IMG/VR virus record: IMGVR_UViG_3300029107_000017
Reading direction: 5' to 3' (one strand)
DNA length: 4,830 nt
Source of the DNA: a virus
Lineage: Duplodnaviria; Heunggongvirae; Uroviricota; Caudoviricetes
In this document: positions 1 to 4,830 of the stretch, in pieces
Layout: each line of letters starts with the position of its first letter
Position numbering within the stretch: position 1 is the stretch's first letter
Position numbers and translations under genes: made by a program
Notes under the pieces: model-generated
What the model saw: only the letters and a program-made list of their open reading frames with translations
Databases searched by the model: none
Told to the model about the DNA's origin: nothing

Positions 1-298
1 TATGGTCAACCTGACAACCCGGTGTCCTCAACGGGGAAGGAATAACCCCGCCATACTTACCGCCGCGCCATTTCGCGGAGTGCCACAACCGGAAGCGCAC
101 GGTCGAAGAAAATTTAACGACAGACTATCTATGAACCAGCAACCTCGCCGTGCGCTTTCGCGTTATGCTCTGACTTTTTATGGAAATACCCTTTCAGTAA
201 ACTGTCAGTGCCGGATGCTCACCCGTGTCCGGCGCACGTACTCCACCTTACCCGTGGAGAACTCCTTAATTACCAACCTTAGCTTCGTTGGTTAGCTA
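1..298 (-). other. Hairpin-rich non-coding region downstream of the ydfC-like gene; no supported ORF
   Basis: Seen in sequence: inverted repeats at 32-50 (CGGGG/CCCCG), 63-78 (CCGCG/CGCGG), 208-237 (GTGCCGGA/TCCGGC-G-CAC), 241-259 (CTCCAC/GTGGAG), 272-292 (ACCAAC/GTTGGT). No ATG-initiated ORF with an RBS on the - strand. In Qin-type prophages a long untranslated spacer precedes the dicF sRNA, but I could not find a DicF-like sequence in the window. Confidence 0.4.
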
Positions 299-517
299 TT
301 AACGCGGGTATGTAATTATTCTGGCAATGCTTAATGCCGCTGCTTTTTCCAGCCTGGTGATATCCTGCTCCAGAGCGGACAGATTTTCAGCCTGCTTAGC
401 CCTGGCTTCATTGGCCCATTTCAGATCCTGCGCTGCATTAATTTTCTGGCGCATCCACTCATAAAGTTCATCATCGGTATAGTCTGGCGCGATGATGATG
501 GGTTCTCGTTTCTGCAT
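299..517 (-). CDS. ydfC: Small prophage protein, YdfC-like (72 aa), unknown function
   Basis: ORF track 299..517 (-). ATG at 517 preceded by GAGGA with a 6-nt spacer. Third gene downstream of the DicA-like repressor; size (72 aa) and position match ydfC of the Qin dicB operon as I recall it. Confidence 0.7.
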   Translation of the reverse strand: MQKREPIIIAPDYTDDELYEWMRQKINAAQDLKWANEARAKQAENLSALEQDITRLEKAAALSIARIITYPR

Positions 518-546
518 ACTGATTCCTCGCGGTGATGTTTCGCTTA

Positions 547-675
547 TCAGCCGTTATATTTTGCCGAACTGGAAAGCGCCTGTTTAAACTCACTGAAGCT
601 GAGAGCTTCTTCGCCTTCGGCAAGGCCTTCGAAGTATTCTTCGTAAGCCTTTTCCATGATTGCGTCGAAATCCAT
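547..675 (-). CDS. ydfB: Small prophage protein, YdfB-like (42 aa), unknown function
   Basis: Not in the ORF track (below its length cutoff). My translation of the - strand: ATG at 675, MDFDAIMEKAYEEYFEGLAEGEEALSFSEFKQALSSSAKYNG, TGA at 547-549. The ATG sits 1 nt after the ydfA-like stop (TGAtATG); AGGTGAG lies upstream. Size and position match ydfB as recalled. Confidence 0.6.
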   Translation of the reverse strand: MDFDAIMEKAYEEYFEGLAEGEEALSFSEFKQALSSSAKYNG

Positions 676-676
676 A

Positions 677-832
677 TCACTCACCTGAATTTCTTTCCAG
701 CCAGCGACGCGCGCCAGTTTCGGTTTTAAACGTTTTGCTTTTGGTATACGTCATCGCGGTGAACGTGCCGTCCTGGTTGGGAAACACGCCGCACACCAGA
801 GATTCGTTGTTGCTAAGATCGATAGTATCCAT
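677..832 (-). CDS. ydfA: Small prophage protein, YdfA-like (51 aa), unknown function
   Basis: Within track ORF 677..886 (-), whose listed start is a GTG at 886. The internal ATG at 832 has GAGG 5 nt upstream and gives 51 aa (MDTIDLSNNESLV...RWLERNSGE), the size I recall for YdfA. Confidence 0.7.
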   Translation of the reverse strand: MDTIDLSNNESLVCGVFPNQDGTFTAMTYTKSKTFKTETGARRWLERNSGE

Positions 833-904
833 GCTGACCTCATTTCCCCTTAACGCCGGGGTAGCGGAACTGTTTGCTGAGAACACCGTGCGGTGTCTTG
901 ATGA

Positions 905-965
905 GTAGAATTTAGAATAACCTAAGAATGATGGTCAAGCTTTTTGTGTAGAAAAACCTAAGTTT
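905..965 (-). promoter_or_regulatory. Putative leftward promoter for the ydfA-like operon, flanked by two operator-like palindromes
   Basis: Read on the - strand: TTGACC (rc of 933-938), 18-nt spacer, TAAATT (rc of 909-914). Palindromes TTTAG-aataac-CTAAG (911-926) and TGTAG-aaaaac-CTAAG (947-962) bracket the -35. No transcript data. Confidence 0.4.
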
Positions 966-973
966 CTTGATGT

Positions 974-1010
974 AAAAAACACAAGTATTTGAAAGTTTGT
1001 GCTTTTTATT
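974..1010. terminator. Weak bidirectional terminator-like hairpin
   Basis: A6 (974-979), stem CACAA (980-984) / TTGTG (997-1001) with a 12-nt loop, then CTTTTTATT (1002-1010). AT-rich 5-bp stem, so predicted stability is low. Confidence 0.25.
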
Positions 1011-1036
1011 ACAGAGAGTGGCGAAAAAAAGAGGGG

Positions 1037-1444
1037 TTATTTATTTGCGCTTCTTTTGCGAGCTTTGAGTAGTTCTTCAAAAAGTTTGTTGAAATTCTCA
1101 ACTCGAGCACGCATCTCTGACAACAGAGCCTTTTGCTCTGACTCAGGCAGTGCGTCGAACAGTTGAAGCAACTCTTTTTGATCTTCTGTCAGATTGACTG
1201 GCTGATTATCTGGGATCGGTTCGCCTGGTTGCTTATCTTCATCTCCAAAAAGAAGCCAGGTCGGCGAGCACTGAAGCGCCTGGCTCAGTGCGAATAATCT
1301 CTTCCCCGCTGGCTGTGTTTCATCTCTTTCCCATTGAGAAATTGTTACGTGAGCCACTTTGACCAGCTTACCTAATGCGGCCTGAGACAGTTTTAATTTT
1401 TTACGCCTGTATAAGAGGCGAGCACCGAAGGTTTCGTTTTTCAT
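1037..1444 (-). CDS. dicA: DicA-like prophage repressor (XRE-family HTH, 135 aa, no peptidase domain)
   Basis: ORF track 1037..1444 (-). Same length as E. coli DicA (135 aa) and shares long motifs with it as I recall the sequence: SQWER, LFALS..LQCSPTW.LFGDEDKQP, LPESEQ, EMRARV.NFNKLFEELLKAR. Divergent from a Cro-like gene. Confidence 0.85.
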   Translation of the reverse strand: MKNETFGARLLYRRKKLKLSQAALGKLVKVAHVTISQWERDETQPAGKRLFALSQALQCSPTWLLFGDEDKQPGEPIPDNQPVNLTEDQKELLQLFDALPESEQKALLSEMRARVENFNKLFEELLKARKRSANK

Positions 1445-1520
1445 ATTAGGTAATTCTAATTTCTCTTGACTTAGGTTTCTCTACAATCTAGTTTCCTTAG
1501 GAAAATCTAAGGAGTTCGAT
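1445..1520. promoter_or_regulatory. Divergent promoter/operator region between the repressor and the Cro-like gene
   Basis: Three YTTAG-N6-CTAAR sites: ATTAG-gtaatt-CTAAT (1445-1460), CTTAG-gtttct-CTACA (1470-1485), CTTAG-gaaaat-CTAAG (1496-1511), centres about 25 bp apart. Rightward elements: TTGACT (1466-1471), TACAAT (1482-1487), TAAGGAG (1508-1514). Leftward: TAGAAT (rc of 1453-1458) 8 nt before the repressor ATG. Confidence 0.55.
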
Positions 1521-1748
1521 ATGTTGAAAATTGATGCTATAGCGTTTTTTGGCAGCAAAACAAAGCTTGCCAATGTCGCAGGAGTTAGGCTGGCAAGCGT
1601 TGCAGCATGGGGGGAACTGGTTCCTGAAGGTCGCGCGATGCGCCTGCAAGAGGCATCCGGCGGGGAACTTCAGTACGACCCCAAAGTTTATGACGAATAT
1701 CGTAAGGCAAAGCGGGTGGGGCGGTTGAACAATGAAAATCACCCCTGA
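1521..1748 (+). CDS. dicC: Cro/DicC-like small HTH regulator (75 aa)
   Basis: ORF track 1521..1748 (+). TAAGGAG SD with a 6-nt spacer before the ATG. HTH-like segment GSKTKLANVAGVRLASVAAW. Divergent from the DicA-like repressor, as dicC is in Qin. Confidence 0.8.
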   Translation: MLKIDAIAFFGSKTKLANVAGVRLASVAAWGELVPEGRAMRLQEASGGELQYDPKVYDEYRKAKRVGRLNNENHP

Positions 1749-2283
1749 ACAGGTTTGTGAGGCTCTAGATGCCTGGGTATGCCGACCAGGAATGACACAG
1801 GAGCAGGCGACGATATTAATCACGGAAGCATTCTGGGCTCTGAAAGAACGCCCGAACATCGATGTTCAACGCGTCACGTTTAATGATGGCGAGGTTGATC
1901 AACGGGCGCTGGGCGTTAACCGGGTGAAGATATTCGAACGCTGGAAAGCTATCGACACCAGGGATAAGCGGGAAAAATTCACGGCGCTGATTCCGGCAAT
2001 TATGGAGGCTATCCGGATCAGCGATTTCAGGTTGTATTGTGAAATTACTGACGGAAAAAGCATTACGTACATGATCGCCGGGTTAAACAAAGAATATGGC
2101 GATGTGGTGGAGTCCGGGCTGCTTTTTGCGGATCCATCTGTTGTGGAACGTGAGACTGACGAGCTTATAGAAAAAGCTATTGCTTTCAAGCATGCGTATC
2201 GTCAGCAATATCAATATTACTTTGCAGATAAACAAATGTCTGCCAGGGGTTCGTATGAGTATCGATGCACTACGATGGGCTAA
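1732..2283 (+). CDS. YdaT-family protein (183 aa), CII-like regulator or putative toxin
   Basis: ORF track 1732..2283 (+). Overlaps the Cro-like gene's 3' end by 17 nt. MKI... N-terminus and the segment KREKFTALIPAIMEAI resemble Rac YdaT (QREKIQKLIPAILAIL) as I recall it. Confidence 0.7.
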   Translation: MKITPEQVCEALDAWVCRPGMTQEQATILITEAFWALKERPNIDVQRVTFNDGEVDQRALGVNRVKIFERWKAIDTRDKREKFTALIPAIMEAIRISDFRLYCEITDGKSITYMIAGLNKEYGDVVESGLLFADPSVVERETDELIEKAIAFKHAYRQQYQYYFADKQMSARGSYEYRCTTMG

Positions 2284-3295
2284 AAAGGTGAAAACCGGCA
2301 GTTCATCCAGTAAGTCAGTATTGACCTGGCTTGCTGATATGTGCGGTGCCGATTTGTGTGCATACCCGTCTGTATCTGCACTGGCAGAAGTAACGGAACT
2401 GAACAAAAAGACTGTGCAGGACAGCTTACGATACCTGATGGAGATTGGGTTAATTGTTGATACCGGTGAGAGAAAAGGCCGAACAAAGCAAATCGTGGTG
2501 TACCGACTTATCGGTGTAGAAGAAAGCGTTGCCGAGCCTGAATACACCCAAAAACGGGAGTCTTTAAAGGTGAGTAAAATTGGTGCTGTTAATAAAAACA
2601 GTACCGAAAATGGTTATGTTTCAGCACAAAACAGACCCAAAAACGGAACTCTTAGCTGCATGGAAAATAACCAAAGACACCCAAATTTTCCATCAAAGAC
2701 ACCCAAAAACGGATCACGGAACCCAAAGGAATCCAAAGATCTAAACCCCACACATAACGCACGCGAGAGTGCTCCGACCAGTGAGCAGGAAGTTTTGTCG
2801 TTACAGGCAGCACCCCTTGTATTCCTGGATGGCCTGAGCGAACCCATCGGAAAATTTCCGATGACCGATAGCTGGTATCCGTCACGGGATTTTCGACGAC
2901 GGGCTGCGTTGTGGGGGATGGCTTTGCCGGAGACAGAATTTACACCTGCTGAACTTGCCGCCTTCCGGGACTACTGGGCAGCGGAGGGGAAAGTGTTTAC
3001 GCAGATTCAGTGGGAGCAGAAATTCGCCCGTCACGTAAATCACGTCAGGGCGCAGGTTAAACCAGTCAGCAAGGGGGTAAACCATGCAGCAGCACCAGGT
3101 GGCACCGCATCACGGGCAGTTCAGGAAATTCGGGCAGCACGTGAGCAGTGGGAACGTGAAAACGGATTTATCAGCGACGGAAACAGCCTGGAAGCTGTGG
3201 GAACTCATGGGGGAGGTTTATTCGAACCGCTGGACCCAGAAGAACGGGGCCGCACCTTCGAAGCTCTGGATTGCACAGATTGGTGCGATGACTGA
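2255..3295 (+). CDS. Replication initiation protein: N-terminal HTH domain fused to a DnaT-like C-terminal domain (O-like)
   Basis: Track ORF 2180..3295 begins at a TTG. The in-frame ATG at 2255 has AGGGG 5 nt upstream and is the likely start (346 aa). N-terminus matches phage HTH initiator proteins. Residues around GKFPMTDSWYPSRDFRRRAALWGMALPE...YWAAEGKVFTQIQWEQKFAR closely parallel the E. coli DnaT C-terminal region as I recall it. Confidence 0.8.
   Translation: MSIDALRWAKKVKTGSSSSKSVLTWLADMCGADLCAYPSVSALAEVTELNKKTVQDSLRYLMEIGLIVDTGERKGRTKQIVVYRLIGVEESVAEPEYTQKRESLKVSKIGAVNKNSTENGYVSAQNRPKNGTLSCMENNQRHPNFPSKTPKNGSRNPKESKDLNPTHNARESAPTSEQEVLSLQAAPLVFLDGLSEPIGKFPMTDSWYPSRDFRRRAALWGMALPETEFTPAELAAFRDYWAAEGKVFTQIQWEQKFARHVNHVRAQVKPVSKGVNHAAAPGGTASRAVQEIRAAREQWERENGFISDGNSLEAVGTHGGGLFEPLDPEERGRTFEALDCTDWCDD
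2544..2730. repeat. Phased ACCCAAA(AACGG) direct repeats inside the initiator gene; candidate origin iterons
   Basis: ACCCAAA at 2546, 2635, 2679, 2701, 2721; three copies extend to (A/G)ACCCAAAAACGG(A/G). Spacings 89, 44, 22, 20 bp are near multiples of two helical turns. AT-rich stretch at about 2562-2632. The repeats also encode a Pro/Lys/Asn-rich interdomain linker. Confidence 0.4.
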
Positions 3296-3749
3296 GCAGC
3301 AAATCCGACAGGTCTGCCGCCAGTGCATGGACCGCTGCCGGGCGGGTGAAACATGGCCTCCGGACCTGGCTGAGTTTGTGGCGCTGATTTCTGAAAGCGG
3401 AGCCAATCCATTCGGTCTGACGGTGGATGCCGTGATGGAGGAGTACCGTCGCTGGCGCAACGAGTCCTGGCGATACGACGGGAGCGATAAATACCCGTGG
3501 TCTCAGCCTGTGCTGTATCACATTTGCCTCGAGATGCGTTCAAAGGGGATTGAGCGGCAGATGACCGAAGGGGAGTTAAAACGGCTTGCAGAACGGCAGC
3601 TGACGAAATGGGCAAAGCATGTTAGTAACGGCCTGAGTGTTCCGCCTATCCGGCGACAACTGGCAGCACCCAAACGTCCTGCGGGACCAACGCCAATTGA
3701 GTTGCTGAAACAGGAATATGAACGCCGGAAAGCGGCTGGGTTTGTCTGA
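3084..3749 (+). CDS. Lambda P-like replication protein (helicase loader), 221 aa
   Basis: ORF track 3084..3749 (+). ATG at 3084 preceded by AGGGGG (3072-3077) with a 6-nt spacer. Central and C-terminal segments (WPPDLAEFVAL; YPWSQPVLYHICLEMRSKGIERQMTEGELKRLAERQL) parallel lambda P (FLPSPGQFVAWC; YPWKSNAHYWLVTNLYQNMRANALTDAELRRKAADEL) as I recall it. Confidence 0.8.
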   Translation: MQQHQVAPHHGQFRKFGQHVSSGNVKTDLSATETAWKLWELMGEVYSNRWTQKNGAAPSKLWIAQIGAMTEQQIRQVCRQCMDRCRAGETWPPDLAEFVALISESGANPFGLTVDAVMEEYRRWRNESWRYDGSDKYPWSQPVLYHICLEMRSKGIERQMTEGELKRLAERQLTKWAKHVSNGLSVPPIRRQLAAPKRPAGPTPIELLKQEYERRKAAGFV

Positions 3750-3781
3750 TTTGAGAAGTAATTTTTACCGGGAGGAAATTT

Positions 3782-4543
3782 ATGGAGACTGTTTTTGACG
3801 CACTGAAAGCGATGGGAAAAGCCACGTCGGTAGAGCTGGCTGCGCGACTTGATATCAGTCGTGAAGAAGTGCTGAACGAGCTGTGGGAACTGAAAAAGGC
3901 TGGCTTCGTTGATAAAAGCGTATACACCTGGCGTGTGGCTTATAACAACGTTCAGCAGGAACAGCCAGCGCCGGCAGAACTGTCGGAAGAAACCACCACG
4001 GCAACAGTCGCTAAAATTTCGGAGAGCGATTTAACTGCGACGATTGAACAACGTGGACCACAAACGGCGGATGAACTGGCTACGCTGTCCGGTACCACAT
4101 CCCGCAAAGTGGCTTCAACGCTGGCAATGGCAATCAGCAAAGGTCGTCTGATTCGTGTAAACCAGAACGGTAAATTTCGTTACTGCATACCGGGTGATAA
4201 TTTACCAGCCGAGCCGAAAGTTGAATCGGTAGCGGAAACCGATGGTAAAGCCTTTCCTCAGCCAGCAGGTGTTGCGTTACCAGTACAGGAAGTTGCAACA
4301 CAGGAATATATTAAAACAGAAACTGTGGCTGATATTGTGCAATCGTTGCCATCGTTTACTGAAACGCGAGCGGATGACCTGGTTTTACCATCGCTGCATA
4401 TGGCAAACCGCGAATTGCGTCGGGCGAAAAATCATGTCCAGAAGTGGGAGCGTGTCTGCGCCGCGCTGCGGGAACTGAACAAGCACCGGGATATTGTCCG
4501 ACAGATTGTCGATTCCTCCAGTCGTATTGTGTCGGAAAAGTGA
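3782..4543 (+). CDS. Prophage protein of unknown function with two winged-helix-like modules and a charged helical C-terminus (253 aa)
   Basis: ORF track 3782..4543 (+). GGGAGG (3770-3775) with a 6-nt spacer before the ATG. Residues about 4-51 and 84-135 share a G.T..EL....(S/T)R..V...L.....G pattern, suggesting an internal duplication. Confidence 0.8.
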   Translation: METVFDALKAMGKATSVELAARLDISREEVLNELWELKKAGFVDKSVYTWRVAYNNVQQEQPAPAELSEETTTATVAKISESDLTATIEQRGPQTADELATLSGTTSRKVASTLAMAISKGRLIRVNQNGKFRYCIPGDNLPAEPKVESVAETDGKAFPQPAGVALPVQEVATQEYIKTETVADIVQSLPSFTETRADDLVLPSLHMANRELRRAKNHVQKWERVCAALRELNKHRDIVRQIVDSSSRIVSEK

Positions 4544-4830
4544 TTGCCGGGGGCGCTTATGGCAAAAGTATTTACACAAGAAGAGCGGGAAAAATTAAGG
4601 GGCAGGTTGTTGAACTCGTGCGCCAGAGTGGGCGCGAGACGTTACGACAACTGGAAGCCAAGACAGGTGCGACAAGATATCTGATGAGCATTCTTGCCAG
4701 AGAGTTGGTTGCCAGTGGCGATGTATACAACTCTGGCTATGGGTTATTTCCCTCTGAACAGGCTCGTAAGGATTGGCAAAACGCCCGCAAAAAACTATCC
4801 AGGGCAAAGGTGAAAAAAACGGTTGTGGTT
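4540..4830 (+). CDS. Winged-helix-like protein paralogous to the upstream gene; partial (runs off the window), start ambiguous, possible frameshift
   Basis: The frame with codon starts at 4603, 4606... is open from 4378 to the window end and encodes ...[49 protein letters not shown].... The only start in that frame near the upstream stop is GTG 4540 (GTGA overlap, weak SD). A better-supported ATG at 4559 (GGGGG SD, N-terminus MAKVF like the paralog's METVF) is in another frame and stops at 4682-4684. Confidence 0.5.
   Translation, partial: MIAGGAYGKSIYTRRAGKIKGQVVELVRQSGRETLRQLEAKTGATRYLMSILARELVASGDVYNSGYGLFPSEQARKDWQNARKKLSRAKVKKTVVV

Noticed and set aside
2-295. Track ORF on the + strand, 97 aa, converging on ydfC
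   Set aside because: Arg-rich, low-complexity translation with no RBS; it lies across the hairpin-rich region and runs opposite to the operon. Most likely a chance open frame.
1-298. DicF sRNA itself
   Set aside because: Expected somewhere downstream of ydfC in a Qin-type operon, but I could not find the DicF sequence as I recall it (UUUCUGGUGACGUUUGGCGG...) on either strand. It is either beyond the left edge or diverged, so it is not called.
471-680. Track ORF on the - strand, 69 aa, GTG start, overlapping ydfB-like and ydfC-like out of frame
   Set aside because: It is displaced by the two RBS-supported small genes that match the expected 42 and 72 aa sizes; the translation is highly basic and junk-like.
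677-886. Longer 69-aa version of the ydfA-like ORF starting at GTG 886
   Set aside because: The internal ATG at 832 has a GAGG SD and gives the 51-aa size expected for YdfA; the GTG extension has no RBS.
532-908. + strand ORFs 532..729 and 660..908, antisense to the ydfA/ydfB-like genes
   Set aside because: Phe-rich implausible translations with no RBS; they are the shadow frames of the - strand genes.
2180-2254. TTG-initiated N-terminal extension of the initiator ORF
   Set aside because: No RBS at the TTG, and it would overlap the YdaT-family gene by about 100 nt. The ATG at 2255 with AGGGG 5 nt upstream is the better start.
1497-2547. - strand ORFs 1497..1859, 1899..2189, 2083..2547 and 2280..2486
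   Set aside because: All are antisense to well-supported + strand genes (Cro-like, YdaT-family, initiator), with Ser/Cys-rich junk-like translations.
2614-3085. - strand ORFs 2614..2847, 2652..2885 and 2882..3085
   Set aside because: Antisense to the initiator gene; no RBS or recognisable motifs.
3171-3927. - strand ORFs 3171..3521, 3205..3615, 3218..3460 and 3646..3927
   Set aside because: Antisense to the P-like gene and the start of the winged-helix gene. The Pro/Ser/Arg-rich translations are typical of open shadow frames in GC-rich coding sequence.
4586-4603. Programmed -1 ribosomal frameshift as the explanation for the frame break
   Set aside because: There is no X-XXY-YYZ slippery heptamer in the upstream frame and no obvious downstream pseudoknot. 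A homopolymer indel or a GTG start is more economical.
3952-4807. ORFs 3952..4140 (-), 4242..4478 (+), 4385..4579 (-) and 4595..4807 (-)
   Set aside because: Out-of-frame or antisense overlaps of the two winged-helix genes, with no RBS and junk-like translations.
1-4830. CRISPR array, tRNA or rRNA gene, insertion sequence or integrase
   Set aside because: No regularly spaced repeat-spacer units, no tRNA-like cloverleaf candidates, no terminal inverted repeats with a transposase ORF. The window lies entirely inside the immunity and replication module.

Overview
This window reads as the immunity/early-replication module of a lambdoid (Qin/DicA-type) enterobacterial prophage. Leftward (- strand): a DicA-like HTH repressor (1037..1444) followed by three small tightly packed genes matching the ydfA/ydfB/ydfC pattern (51/42/72 aa), then a hairpin-rich non-coding stretch (1..298). 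Rightward (+ strand): a Cro/DicC-like regulator, a YdaT-family protein, a replication initiator (N-terminal HTH fused to a DnaT-like C-terminal domain), a lambda-P-like helicase loader, a 253-aa protein with two winged-helix-like modules, and a partial paralogous gene running off the right edge. Five copies of a YTTAG-N6-CTAAR palindrome mark candidate operators. I see no rRNA, tRNA, CRISPR array, transposase or defence-island signature, and no convincingly novel system. The most unusual points are a 212-bp out-of-frame overlap between the initiator and P-like genes, phased ACCCAAA repeats inside the initiator gene (candidate origin iterons), a frame break at a homopolymer in the last gene, and the uncharacterised winged-helix paralog pair. 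All homology statements are from recalled protein sequences and motifs; no database search was run.
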